Position numbers and translations under genes: made by a program
DNA from: a virus
Strand: one strand, 5' to 3'
IMG/VR virus record: IMGVR_UViG_3300032006_000003
Span: 1 to 64,000 of that record
DNA: 64,000 nt
The notes under the pieces: model-generated
What the model saw: only the letters and a program-made list of their open reading frames with translations
What the model was told of the DNA's origin: nothing
The model's database searches: none
Part shown: positions 9,548 to 18,514 of the stretch, piece by piece
How the letters are laid out: every line of letters begins with the position of its first letter
Numbering within the stretch: the stretch's first letter is position 1

Positions 9548-9833
9548 TACTAGTTTTCTCCTTATACTCCTTTTGCTTTCGTTCATAATCCTTTTGTCGT
9601 ACATCTTCCCTATGTTTAAGCGACTTATATTCTCTATCGGAAAGTGGGTCAAGGTCTGTAAACTCCCAATCAGCATACTCTTCTTGTATACCATAAGGGA
9701 ATACATCCTGACATATATCTCTCCAATTCTTATTGCCAATACCGCCGTCATCATCAAACACTTCGGGAAAGTCTTCTGAATCTATTACTGCATAATATAC
9801 GTATAGACTTGTGGCTCTAACTTGATACTTCAT
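9540..9833 (-). CDS. hypothetical protein
   Basis: ORF track, GGAG RBS. Confidence 0.6.
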   Translation of the reverse strand: MKYQVRATSLYVYYAVIDSEDFPEVFDDDGGIGNKNWRDICQDVFPYGIQEEYADWEFTDLDPLSDREYKSLKHREDVRQKDYERKQKEYKEKTSNG

Positions 9834-9966
9834 TCTCTCCCTCCTCTATTTGGTGGGGTATACTAAGACTTATTTGTATATAGTCTTCAACGTCAAACTT
9901 GTAATACCAATCAGTCCCATAGTATTTAGTAAGCAGTTCTTCTAACTCTACAAAGAATTTATCCAT
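9817..9966 (-). CDS. hypothetical protein
   Basis: Start MDKFF. Confidence 0.5.
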   Translation of the reverse strand: MDKFFVELEELLTKYYGTDWYYKFDVEDYIQISLSIPHQIEEGENEVSS

Positions 9967-10261
9967 AAGGACTATTCTCCCCGAACTGAATCCAATGCGT
10001 ATACTTCTCAGCATTACCCCAACATTGACTCGGTAATTCGTAATAAATAAACTTTATTATTTCTCCCAAACATTCTCTATTTGTTTCATCGGCACGGCTA
10101 AAGGTAGCAATTAAATCATTAGTTAAAACTGCCTCAAGGAATCCTCCAGTACGTATACCTTTAAGTACATATCTCTGTAGTCCTCCTAGAACTGATTCAG
10201 GACAGTTCTCCCAATGGATAGGGTAGTCTGGATAGACTGCTTCTGGTGTATCTTTTATCAT
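9959..10261 (-). CDS. conserved phage hypothetical protein
   Basis: GLQRYV..G..GGFLEAVLTNDL..RAD..P..CWG motif. Confidence 0.7.
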   Translation of the reverse strand: MIKDTPEAVYPDYPIHWENCPESVLGGLQRYVLKGIRTGGFLEAVLTNDLIATFSRADETNRECLGEIIKFIYYELPSQCWGNAEKYTHWIQFGENSPYG

Positions 10262-10262
10262 T

Positions 10263-10517
10263 CTAATCCTCCAAGAAATGGGTGAGTATTACAGTTTCTA
10301 AATCATACAAATCTTCTAAAGCGTCCAGTAATCTAAAGTCCCAATTGGATAATTTAGTTGGATCATCTTCATTAAATAAATATATTAGGTCATCATCTCC
10401 TTCAGCGTTTAATACCTCCTCTCGATCTCCTCCATATCTATCTAGCATATGCTTGACTATATCAGTAGGAGATATTTGTATTGATGGGTTTGCATACTTA
10501 TACTTCTTCATTTTCAA
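10263..10517 (-). CDS. hypothetical protein
   Basis: ORF track. Confidence 0.55.
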   Translation of the reverse strand: MKMKKYKYANPSIQISPTDIVKHMLDRYGGDREEVLNAEGDDDLIYLFNEDDPTKLSNWDFRLLDALEDLYDLETVILTHFLED

Positions 10518-10749
10518 AGTGACCTTCTTCCTTCATGTCTTCGTATTCATCTCTTAGTTTATAATATATATCCTCTGATAACTTCTCTGCTAATTCTTTA
10601 ATATCCATTTGAGTCCAAATCTGCCCATCTATCTTTTCATCTATATCCCATTGTAAATCGAACTCTACTAAAGTAATTACTCTACTAAGCAGTAATCGTA
10701 TTTGAGAAATTGTTAGAGTATCTTTGTTATCTCCATCAGAAATCACCAT
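10498..10749 (-). CDS. hypothetical protein
   Basis: ORF track. Confidence 0.55.
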   Translation of the reverse strand: MVISDGDNKDTLTISQIRLLLSRVITLVEFDLQWDIDEKIDGQIWTQMDIKELAEKLSEDIYYKLRDEYEDMKEEGHFENEEV

Positions 10750-10942
10750 CTTCTACTCCTCCTTCTGCCATAGCATCTTGCTTATACTCATCCATCTTAG
10801 CATCACATCCCCAACATACTGGAGCATTCAAGCCATCTATATTAGAGAATATCCATTCGTTCTCATGATCTTCTGAATCTAGTAACTTCTCCCCACATAA
10901 ATAGCAATGTGTAAGTAGGTCGAAAATCTTATCCTTGTGCAT
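10736..10942 (-). CDS. small Zn-finger protein
   Basis: CYLC..CWGC. Confidence 0.55.
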   Translation of the reverse strand: MHKDKIFDLLTHCYLCGEKLLDSEDHENEWIFSNIDGLNAPVCWGCDAKMDEYKQDAMAEGGVEDGDF

Positions 10943-11129
10943 ATACTGTCTCCTTGATATCTGGGTACTGAGTTAATAATGTATTGTAGTGAGTAATTAT
11001 ATTACGAACATCGTTCTTTGTTAATACTCCATCTGTTTCTTCAGCTACTCTCCTAGTATCCATCATATTAGTTACTCCGCTTAACTGTACATCTACGAAT
11101 GCTTGGAACTGTTCTCTTGTAATGTCCAT
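10929..11129 (-). CDS. DUF5049-like protein
   Basis: ITREQFQAFVDVQLSGVTNMMD..Y motif. Confidence 0.6.
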   Translation of the reverse strand: MDITREQFQAFVDVQLSGVTNMMDTRRVAEETDGVLTKNDVRNIITHYNTLLTQYPDIKETVYAQG

Positions 11130-11160
11130 ATCGTTAACCTTCTTTTCTATACTCTTATTA

Positions 11161-11197
11161 AATAAAAGACCCCCCACCCTTTTCAGGATAGGGGGCT
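11161..11197 (-). terminator. intrinsic terminator
   Basis: CCCCCTATCC-TGAAAA-GGGTGGGGG followed by GTCTTTTATTT. Confidence 0.7.
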
Positions 11198-11226
11198 GTA
11201 TGTAGTATCTCTGCACTACTTAATAC

Positions 11227-11470
11227 CTATATATAAAAATCCTCCTCTTCTGCATTTTGAAGAGCGGATGTCAATTGATCTACATGTCTATCCATTTCTT
11301 GCAAGGCTCCCACATCATTTTCTAAATCGTTAATGGCTTGCTCTACATCTTCATGGATACTTTCTAATTGATTCTTCTTCTCTTCAATATTCTCATTAAG
11401 TTGTTCTGCATCACTAATAGTTTGTCGTATGTTTTCAATGATGTCTCTTAAATCAAAATCTAAACTCAAT
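11227..11470 (-). CDS. coiled-coil early protein (start uncertain, possibly TTG)
   Basis: Acidic heptad pattern; the ORF-track extension runs through promoter copy 3. Confidence 0.55.
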
Positions 11471-11564
11471 GTACTATCCTTAGTTGTCCAATTAGTATTT
11501 ATTGTAATAAGGTCTTTACTAATAACCTCCTTGACCTTCGTGCTTTTCTTTTGGCTACCCCACC

Positions 11565-11604
11565 ATGTTACCACAAACGAACACCACCACAAGGTGGGGT
11601 ATAT
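11565..11604 (-). promoter_or_regulatory. early promoter copy 3
   Basis: CCCCACC-TTGTGG-16 nt-TAACAT, with TGn extended -10. Confidence 0.7.
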
Positions 11605-11605
11605 A

Positions 11606-11887
11606 CTATAGCATATATATGTAAGTATTAAAGTTAATCTCTGGTTTAGGTGGTTCTTTAGGTTCTTCATTTTGTGGAGCATTTAACTGTTTCACCATTC
11701 CTTTAAGAAATTCTGGGTACTTCCGTTGTAATCGTTCCACTTCCAGAGACTCGAATAACATAAACGTAATAGCATTAGTTAACCACATGGGTAGGCTAGG
11801 GTACTCTTTTTCAATAGCACTCCTAGCTAACCCAAAGTCTTTTGGAAAGAATGGTCTTACTAAATCCAATGTTTCTTCTGGGGTCAT
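11606..11887 (-). CDS. hypothetical protein
   Basis: ORF track, AGGAGG RBS. Confidence 0.6.
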   Translation of the reverse strand: MTPEETLDLVRPFFPKDFGLARSAIEKEYPSLPMWLTNAITFMLFESLEVERLQRKYPEFLKGMVKQLNAPQNEEPKEPPKPEINFNTYIYML

Positions 11888-11896
11888 TTACACCTC

Positions 11897-12226
11897 CTAT
11901 CCAAATAGGTATCTCTGTCTTTGCAGATGGGGATGATTATTAGTAGGCTCATTAGTATAAGCAGTTACTATACTATGTTTATCTAAATCTAGTACAGCAC
12001 AAGTTCCATTTATATCTCTAAGCAAAACTCTGCGAGTACCCTTGTCATTATGATACTCAACCAGATCACCTTCTCTGCATACAGTTAATACATCTTCAGT
12101 AGGAATGTTGCGTTCTTTAAGTCGTAGTTCTGTGTAAGGAGTTACATCCCATCTCTTTATCGAATGAACTTCTTTCATTAACTGACCTTGAGTAGCTACG
12201 TGTAACTTACCTTTCAGTATTCGCAT
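11897..12226 (-). CDS. DUF4258/RelE-like fold protein
   Basis: T..LRLKERNI..EDV....G.LVEY...RVLL...V.....IVTAY pattern. Confidence 0.5.
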   Translation of the reverse strand: MRILKGKLHVATQGQLMKEVHSIKRWDVTPYTELRLKERNIPTEDVLTVCREGDLVEYHNDKGTRRVLLRDINGTCAVLDLDKHSIVTAYTNEPTNNHPHLQRQRYLFG

Positions 12227-12545
12227 CGTGTATTATACCTAACGCTCTATCAGCCAGAGCCTTTATCTCCGACAACTTATTAGTATAGTCCGCTTGCCTA
12301 TTCCTATCTCTAGCTATCTCACCCTCTGTCATTGGGTAGTAGGAATCCGGGTTGCGGTCTTGTACATAAACTCTATAATACTCAGCGTTCTTTTTATTAG
12401 TATCCCCCCATGCAGTTCTCTTCTTACCAGAGAATCTTACTCTAACTTTATACCCACCTTTATTCAAGTAGGTTCTTATATCTTCTAGAAACCTGTCTCC
12501 ATGTTTGTCGGCAGGAATCCGCATTAGAAATTTTGGTGCTTTCAT
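12207..12545 (-). CDS. hypothetical protein
   Basis: ORF track, GAGG RBS. Confidence 0.6.
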   Translation of the reverse strand: MKAPKFLMRIPADKHGDRFLEDIRTYLNKGGYKVRVRFSGKKRTAWGDTNKKNAEYYRVYVQDRNPDSYYPMTEGEIARDRNRQADYTNKLSEIKALADRALGIIHDANTER

Positions 12546-12714
12546 GTTACCTCTCTTTGCTTATGGGCTTTCACGTATAGCCCTTCTGTTAGTCTTGCGA
12601 CTTCCTCCATCTTCTCTAGCGATTCGTTCTGTACAATTACTTAGACCCGCATCTTTTCATGTGTATATATAAAAGGTGCTATTGAATTAGGAAGTAGTAT
12701 CTAATCAGTCTTTA

Positions 12715-13803
12715 CTAAACTGTTGCTAACTTATACGCTTGGGCAAAAGCCTTACCCTTAGTAGTAGCACGAGTACCATACAACGTAGAAGTAAGCCTAC
12801 CTCTGTTGGCTTCTTTACCTCTGCGGTAATCCTCAGTCTCTACTATGGCTTGCCATACAGCCCACGGAGTTTCAGCAACTCGTGGATGCTCTTGGTTAAA
12901 TATGTCATACCTTTCATATGCCATATCCTTATGCTTTTGAATTCTCTCCATAGCATTACCATGTTCCTTCTCCCACTTCTCTCTCTCCGCTAGTACCTTT
13001 ACCCATAGCTTACCGTCCATATCATCGGGGGTAAAACCATTACTGAGTTTAAGTCTATTAGGAATAGCAGGCTTTGGGTAAGACTTGTTAATGACATTTA
13101 ATGCATCGTCATCAGTAATCTTTACTCTAGTAAGTACATTCATACGTTCTATACTGGAGTCTTTTGCGTTAAGCATTTGCCCAAAGATATTGGTAAACCA
13201 TTTAGCATCATCCACAATATTCTTGCGGTGCTGTAGGTTCACACTTACTTTAGCCTCACTCAATCCTAATGAAAGAGTATTCTGGCATACTACTCTAACT
13301 GGAGTAAACGCCATACTTAATGCACCACTACCATCTCTATGGTCTGTAATCAGGTAGTAAAGATTATGGTCTTCCCCTGCTATCTCTGCTCCCCCTGCAT
13401 CTAAGGTAAAGAATATCTTTTCTCCTCTACCAATAGCCCCTGCCGTTTCTACAGGGTATCTTTCTGAAATGGGGTCAAGCATAGTAGCTAAGTCATTAGC
13501 CTGTATGGGAGTCCATTGCTCACCTACTGTTGAAAGAACTTGCCACTCTGGATCATCATATGTGGGTTCTCTCATAACCGAATAAGAGTTAGTAGGTACA
13601 CTATGTACAATAGGACGACCCTGATCATCGAAACGACCAGTATCCATCCTTGCAAAGTTCTGGGCTTTATGTATTTCAAATCCTACTTTAGCCCTTGCTA
13701 CTGCTTCACTAACATTAATCCTGTCAGTAAAGACTTCTCCTAAACCATGCCATGCTGGTTGTCGGAATCCTACGAATCTGTCACCAAAAATACTTGCAGG
13801 CAT
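12715..13803 (-). CDS. DUF932 family protein
   Basis: PAWHGLG, ETAGAI..G.KIF, HRDGSGA, TPVRVVCQNTL. Confidence 0.85.
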   Translation of the reverse strand: MPASIFGDRFVGFRQPAWHGLGEVFTDRINVSEAVARAKVGFEIHKAQNFARMDTGRFDDQGRPIVHSVPTNSYSVMREPTYDDPEWQVLSTVGEQWTPIQANDLATMLDPISERYPVETAGAIGRGEKIFFTLDAGGAEIAGEDHNLYYLITDHRDGSGALSMAFTPVRVVCQNTLSLGLSEAKVSVNLQHRKNIVDDAKWFTNIFGQMLNAKDSSIERMNVLTRVKITDDDALNVINKSYPKPAIPNRLKLSNGFTPDDMDGKLWVKVLAEREKWEKEHGNAMERIQKHKDMAYERYDIFNQEHPRVAETPWAVWQAIVETEDYRRGKEANRGRLTSTLYGTRATTKGKAFAQAYKLATV

Positions 13804-13812
13804 TACGCCCTC

Positions 13813-14010
13813 CTATAACTTTTCTTGTAACTTCTTTGACTCTTGAAGTAACTTTACAGATACTTCGTATAACGATACGTTTACCTCCAATAACGCTTCG
13901 CTGACTCTGTATATATCTTTGCTTATCTCATAGATTCTATAATTGAGATAACACAAATATAAAAGAAACGGAACTGATACTCCAGTTAATATAAGAATTA
14001 GATTACTCAT
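13813..14010 (-). CDS. small membrane coiled-coil protein
   Basis: N-terminal hydrophobic helix. Confidence 0.55.
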   Translation of the reverse strand: MSNLILILTGVSVPFLLYLCYLNYRIYEISKDIYRVSEALLEVNVSLYEVSVKLLQESKKLQEKL

Positions 14011-14167
14011 TAGGTTTCTGTCCTAAGTAGTCCGCAATTGGATACGGAATACTAGACTTAATCTGCCTCCATTTTATAATATCTTTTATCTTTAGATAAC
14101 TAGCGATACCAATACTTAATCCTATAGCTACACCTCCTATACTAATTGCTAACTTCTTACGGTTCAT
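14003..14167 (-). CDS. small membrane early protein
   Basis: Start MNRKK after AAGGAGG; one TM segment. Confidence 0.65.
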   Translation of the reverse strand: MNRKKLAISIGGVAIGLSIGIASYLKIKDIIKWRQIKSSIPYPIADYLGQKPNE

Positions 14168-14693
14168 TTGCACCTCCTTTCTCAGGTTCGCCGTCATCGT
14201 ACACCACCTCCGACAAGCCCACAAGGTGGGGGGCTATGCTCTTAGCATCTTTTAATTCTAAGTCTTTACTTAAACTATCCAAGAGTTTATTAGTCTGGTA
14301 TTCGTCAGCATACAAGGCTCCATATATTTTCTTTTTCAAATTGTATCCTACTTGTTCATTCCCAACTTTAACATATGATTGACATATCTCTCTTAGCAAA
14401 TATAATTCCGATGCGACAAATTCCAATTCCGCATCTTTTCCTATGTTATCAGGATCAGCAGTATATAAAACTCCTAAAGCAATCTTATCAATTAATTCAA
14501 TAGGAACAGGCAATGGGGCAGTAGGTGCTACTACTCGCATTGTGGTTAATTGCATTCCTTCTGATGGATGAAACATTTCTCTTTCAATCATTAAAGTTAA
14601 CGAGTCATCTAAATACAAAATCTCATTGCGAGTAAATTTTATGTATAGACTATGTTCGTCAATGATTTCATTTTCATCTGACACATTACTCAT
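14157..14693 (-). CDS. hypothetical protein
   Basis: ORF track 178 aa. Confidence 0.65.
   Translation of the reverse strand: MSNVSDENEIIDEHSLYIKFTRNEILYLDDSLTLMIEREMFHPSEGMQLTTMRVVAPTAPLPVPIELIDKIALGVLYTADPDNIGKDAELEFVASELYLLREICQSYVKVGNEQVGYNLKKKIYGALYADEYQTNKLLDSLSKDLELKDAKSIAPHLVGLSEVVYDDGEPEKGGANEP
14196..14237 (-). promoter_or_regulatory. early promoter copy 4 (within the 3' end of the upstream ORF)
   Basis: CCCCACC-TTGTGG-17 nt-TACGAT. Confidence 0.75.
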
Positions 14694-14817
14694 TCATCAC
14701 CCCCAATGGTTTATCGCAATCTCTACAAGCTAGTAGAGTTGACTCTTCAGTAATAACTAATATGGGATAATGATGTCTTCTTAGTAGACACAACAGGTTA
14801 GTAATAAAGTTCCTCAT
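14686..14817 (-). CDS. Cys/His microprotein (43 aa)
   Basis: Manual translation MRNFITNLLCLLRRHHYPILVITEESTLLACRDCDKPLGVMNE; fills the gap between neighbours. Confidence 0.5.
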   Translation of the reverse strand: MRNFITNLLCLLRRHHYPILVITEESTLLACRDCDKPLGVMNE

Positions 14818-14980
14818 CCTGCTCTATCTCTTTCTGAATCTTTCTCATTTCTTTACTAAACGCTTTTGAGTTCTCCCTCGTTTTTACTTTATCTCTTGAT
14901 CTATTCATTATCTTTCTACTAAGTTTTCCATCACGTTTACTCCGAACTTTGTTCTCTCTTCTCTCCCACTTACTTGGCAT
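14798..14980 (-). CDS. small basic protein
   Basis: Start MPSKWE; K/R rich. Confidence 0.5.
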   Translation of the reverse strand: MPSKWERRENKVRSKRDGKLSRKIMNRSRDKVKTRENSKAFSKEMRKIQKEIEQDEELYY

Positions 14981-15188
14981 CGGCTCGGTCACTTTCACAA
15001 TCCAAGCAATCACACTCGTCACTATGGTCTAAACTAATCTCTCTACTATTAAACGGATTCTCCGTATTAGCATCTTTGTTAAAGAATAGTTGATCGTCCC
15101 CAACTAGTTCTTTGAATAAGTCTTGTGAAGTTTTACCTTTATCAAAGGTATCACTTTGGTTTGATATACTTCGCATATTTAGAATCAC
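14970..15188 (-). CDS. hypothetical protein with HxxxCxCxxC tail
   Basis: ORF track, AGGAGG RBS. Confidence 0.55.
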   Translation of the reverse strand: MILNMRSISNQSDTFDKGKTSQDLFKELVGDDQLFFNKDANTENPFNSREISLDHSDECDCLDCESDRADAK

Positions 15189-15378
15189 CTCCTATGTTGG
15201 CTAGTGGGTTTGCTAATGCTTCTTCAATCTTATCTACTAGCCTTGTTATATTATACTCTAGAACATCTAACTTATCTTCAATATTCTGAACACGTACTTC
15301 CATATCATCAACTCGTCTATGAAATTCTTGTGACTGTTGTACTAAGTATTCAGTTAATCCTCCAGTACCACCTACCAT
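15151..15378 (-). CDS. coiled-coil protein
   Basis: ORF track. Confidence 0.6.
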   Translation of the reverse strand: MVGGTGGLTEYLVQQSQEFHRRVDDMEVRVQNIEDKLDVLEYNITRLVDKIEEALANPLANIGGDSKYAKYIKPK

Positions 15379-15794
15379 TATAGTCCTCCCCTTTTTACAT
15401 TACGTCTTACATAACTACGTTTCTCTGGTCTAGTGGGGTCATACCAAATAGGTTGTGAACCTCCTAAGAACTCTAAGCAATTTACTATATGTCCTAAACT
15501 CTTAGAGAACTTATCAGTATTAGGTATCATTACAGAAGCCCATCCACCACTATCAACATACCAAGTCTCTTTAGTTTTATTGTCCTCAACAGAAACAGTA
15601 TGTAAGATAAAGGTTTTCCTTCTTCTAAGGAAACTTCTTATACGCTTCTCTGCTCCTTTAGTTCTCTTATGATTAGGATTGTATTTGATTTCTGGTTTAG
15701 GTGGTCTATTCTTTTCAATCCAATCTTCCCAAGCTGACCAATCTTTCTTCTTCTCTGTCATCATTCTCCTCGAAGTTAAATTGTAATTGTACAT
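15378..15794 (-). CDS. hypothetical protein
   Basis: ORF track; true start probably MMTEKK. Confidence 0.55.
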   Translation of the reverse strand: MYNYNLTSRRMMTEKKKDWSAWEDWIEKNRPPKPEIKYNPNHKRTKGAEKRIRSFLRRRKTFILHTVSVEDNKTKETWYVDSGGWASVMIPNTDKFSKSLGHIVNCLEFLGGSQPIWYDPTRPEKRSYVRRNVKRGGL

Positions 15795-15882
15795 TAAATA
15801 AATTGTATTCTAATTTATTATACTCCTCCTTTATTTGTTCTAGTTCTTTAACTACATTCTCGAATACATTTTCTATTTGCAT
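15715..15882 (-). CDS. small coiled-coil protein
   Basis: Start MQIEN after AAGGAGG. Confidence 0.55.
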   Translation of the reverse strand: MQIENVFENVVKELEQIKEEYNKLEYNLFNVQLQFNFEENDDREEERLVSLGRLD

Positions 15883-15892
15883 ATAGTCCTCC

Positions 15893-15970
15893 TTAGAATC
15901 CTTGTAGTTTAGCAAAAGCCCCAAGTATACACATCCAGAAAAGAAAAGTGATTGGGTTTGTAATGTGCAT
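15893..15970 (-). CDS. 25-aa single-TM microprotein
   Basis: Manual translation MHITNPITFLFWMCILGAFAKLQGF; AGGAGG RBS. Confidence 0.5.
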   Translation of the reverse strand: MHITNPITFLFWMCILGAFAKLQGF

Positions 15971-16023
15971 TAAGCACCTCCTGTTTGAATTCCCTCAAGA
16001 GTAAACCCATTCGTTTTGTTTTG

Positions 16024-16485
16024 TCAACCAAGTAGCACCCTTATTTTTGGATGGTATTTCTTCCTCACTTTATCAATACGTGGAGTAGCGTCCCAATGCT
16101 TATCAGTTTTCCATCGCCTCGCACTAACAACTTTCAATGCTTTATTAAATCCTCTCCCATGCATACTACCTTCATACTTACAATAACATTGTACTACATG
16201 AGCAAACTCATGTCTAATTACTTTTCGTGCCTCTTCTATATCATACAGTATCCATGAAGATAATTCAATAATACTTTCTTCTTCTGAGTAATACCATGTC
16301 TGTCCTGCTGTATTAACTCCACAAGTATCAGTAACTATTAACTTAGTTACTGGATTATTAAGAGGTATAGTATTTAAGACTTTAGATACTCTAGGTATTA
16401 TTAATAACTCTCCTAAATACTCAGCAAGTTTTAAGTACACCTCCACTTCTTTTGGATTCATCTTATATCTTTGATAGTGGTTCAT
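16024..16485 (-). CDS. SprT-like zinc metalloprotease
   Basis: TAG..IELS..IRHEFAH..HGRGF. Confidence 0.8.
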   Translation of the reverse strand: MNHYQRYKMNPKEVEVYLKLAEYLGELLIIPRVSKVLNTIPLNNPVTKLIVTDTCGVNTAGQTWYYSEEESIIELSSWILYDIEEARKVIRHEFAHVVQCYCKYEGSMHGRGFNKALKVVSARRWKTDKHWDATPRIDKVRKKYHPKIRVLLG

Positions 16486-16519
16486 TGGCTTTTCGCCCTC
16501 CTTTTTGCTTGACCCCCTC

Positions 16520-16561
16520 ATGTTACCACGAGCCAACCACCACCACAAGGTGTGCCATATA
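16520..16561 (-). promoter_or_regulatory. early promoter copy 5
   Basis: GCACACC-TTGTGG-17 nt-TAACAT, with TGn extended -10. Confidence 0.75.
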
Positions 16562-16581
16562 AGTAACTTTAAGTATCTAGC

Positions 16582-16591
16582 TAGTATAATA
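16582..16591 (+). promoter_or_regulatory. putative late promoter TAGTATAATA
   Basis: Upstream of the RBS of the plus-strand island; the same 10-mer recurs upstream of structural genes. Confidence 0.55.
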
Positions 16592-16611
16592 TATATGTAA
16601 GGAGGTTATAT

Positions 16612-16983
16612 ATGGATACGTGGCAGACAAGAAAATGGGGTACTGCCCCCATGCAAGGCAGTCCAGTAATTCGGAAAACACGATCTCTTTCCGAGTACTT
16701 TAATAATTCGGTTCCGATGCAATCTGATAAACTAAAAATTAGAATGATCAAGGAAGGCTACTTAGAACCTGAATGTTCTGAATGTGGTATGGATGAATGG
16801 AACGGAGAAGAGATGCCCTTACAATTAAATCATATTGATGGTGATAATACTAATAATAGTTTGAAGAACCTTAATCTACTATGCCCTAACTGCCATGCTC
16901 AGACGGAGCATTGGCGAATGAAGGATGAACATAAAGGGCAGGAAATAAATGATTCTAAGGAAAATCGTAATATTGATACATAG
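16612..16983 (+). CDS. HNH endonuclease
   Basis: CSEC...LQLNHIDGDNTNNSLKNLNLLCPNCH. Confidence 0.85.
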   Translation: MDTWQTRKWGTAPMQGSPVIRKTRSLSEYFNNSVPMQSDKLKIRMIKEGYLEPECSECGMDEWNGEEMPLQLNHIDGDNTNNSLKNLNLLCPNCHAQTEHWRMKDEHKGQEINDSKENRNIDT

Positions 16984-16997
16984 GAGGTGATTCCGAA

Positions 16998-17231
16998 ATG
17001 AATTCTACAGGACTAATAAATTTAATTATGCTATACTTTAAAATGAATGGAAGCGTTCATGGTAATGCAAAAGCGGTTCTTTCCGAAGGGATGGACATTA
17101 TTAACATAATGACTGAAGCATTAAAGGACAATAAGATAACAATGGAAGAGAAGAAAGCCCTTACTAAAGAACTGCGAGAGTTCAGTAAGGCAGCAATAAA
17201 GCTTATAGACGATATACAAATCCCTAAGTAG
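16998..17231 (+). CDS. hypothetical protein
   Basis: AGGAGG RBS; ALKDNKITMEE motif. Confidence 0.6.
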   Translation: MNSTGLINLIMLYFKMNGSVHGNAKAVLSEGMDIINIMTEALKDNKITMEEKKALTKELREFSKAAIKLIDDIQIPK

Positions 17232-17262
17232 AATTAGACTTGATAAGAATAGAGGAGGGTAG

Positions 17263-17706
17263 ATGAAGGATCGACAGTATTATATCTTCTGGGGGGCAGC
17301 CGTAGCTATATTCACAGTCTTAATGGCGAGTAGCGTAGTAGGATTACAGATTTGGTTAGCTAATCAGACAGTCTCTTGTCCTATGCCCCCTGCTACTACG
17401 ATTACCGTAGAGGAGATTCCTATATCAATAAAGACTTATGAGGCAGATAGAACCTTGTCTCGTCCTGAGAAATGGATAGACCCGGAGAATCAAACCATTC
17501 ATTATATCTATGCAGATGGTAGTGGACGATTGATTCCAATGTATGGAACGGTTCCACCTGTATGGTATGAGAATATGTTACAAGCATACAGGAATCTACA
17601 TGGGGAACAGATGCCCCAAGAGATTGTAGAGGCAGTTCCGTGGGAATGGAAAGCGGCAGTAATGCCTCAAGTTAAACCTTTACCAGAAGGTGGAAAACCG
17701 AATTAA
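17263..17706 (+). CDS. membrane-anchored protein
   Basis: N-terminal TM helix, GAGGAGG RBS. Confidence 0.65.
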   Translation: MKDRQYYIFWGAAVAIFTVLMASSVVGLQIWLANQTVSCPMPPATTITVEEIPISIKTYEADRTLSRPEKWIDPENQTIHYIYADGSGRLIPMYGTVPPVWYENMLQAYRNLHGEQMPQEIVEAVPWEWKAAVMPQVKPLPEGGKPN

Positions 17707-17717
17707 GGAGGAATGAA

Positions 17718-17936
17718 ATGGCAACGATGGAACGACAATGTATTAATAAAGATTGTGCAGATTGGAAAAAAGTGGTAGATATAGACACTTCGTGGAATGG
17801 TGGATGTTCTACATGTCAAGGTGACCTTCCGTTGAAATCAGACATTGACCAAACAGAAGCTGAACGATTAGCGATTAACCCCAATTATGTGAAAAACTCA
17901 ATGCCCTATGGATTTGAAAACGAAGGGCATACATAA
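17718..17936 (+). CDS. small Zn-binding protein
   Basis: CINKDC..CSTC; AAGGAGG RBS. Confidence 0.6.
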   Translation: MATMERQCINKDCADWKKVVDIDTSWNGGCSTCQGDLPLKSDIDQTEAERLAINPNYVKNSMPYGFENEGHT

Positions 17937-17939
17937 GTA

Positions 17940-18356
17940 ATGGATATCAAAAACATGAAAGTATCTATAGGTATTGTTATTGCTATAATAGCACAGGCGT
18001 TTGGCATTATTTGGTATGTCGCCCAGCTTGACAGCACAGTAAGTAACTTAGATACTACTGTAATAGAACTACAAGAATCTGCTACTACAGTTGATGTAGC
18101 TGTTCTTGAAAAGGATGTCGCTAATATAAAAGAAAGGATAGATGCTATACTAGAGGATCGCTATGATCCTTCTGGACTAGAAGAATTAATAGATGAAGTT
18201 GAGGGTCGAGTAGATAAATTAGAGACTATGGATGCATTGATTGAGAATGAGATGCGAACCATTATGTCTGATCATTCCAGCTTCAATGATATATTAAAAG
18301 ATATGGGCAAAAGTGGTTACGGAGATAATAGGACTTATGGTGGATACGGAGACTAA
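17940..18356 (+). CDS. TM + coiled-coil protein
   Basis: IGIVIAIIAQAFGIIWYV followed by heptads. Confidence 0.65.
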   Translation: MDIKNMKVSIGIVIAIIAQAFGIIWYVAQLDSTVSNLDTTVIELQESATTVDVAVLEKDVANIKERIDAILEDRYDPSGLEELIDEVEGRVDKLETMDALIENEMRTIMSDHSSFNDILKDMGKSGYGDNRTYGGYGD

Positions 18357-18498
18357 CGAAAACTTTGAATTAATGTGTACTAATAGATACTGTTACGTAT
18401 ATAAAGTATTGCAATTGATTCCGAAAGATATGTCAATCATATGCCATAATTGTGGCTTTGATTTAGAATCTTGGAAAGGAAATGGAAAGGTAAACTAA
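18313..18498 (+). CDS. small Zn-binding protein
   Basis: CTNRYC..CHNC. Confidence 0.5.
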   Translation: MVTEIIGLMVDTETNENFELMCTNRYCYVYKVLQLIPKDMSIICHNCGFDLESWKGNGKVN

Positions 18499-18514
18499 CT
18501 TTCTATACAGTATT

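Noticed and set aside
12546-12714. Gene or ncRNA in the gap downstream of the DUF932 gene
   Set aside because: Only a 22-codon frame and no convincing stems; not supportable.
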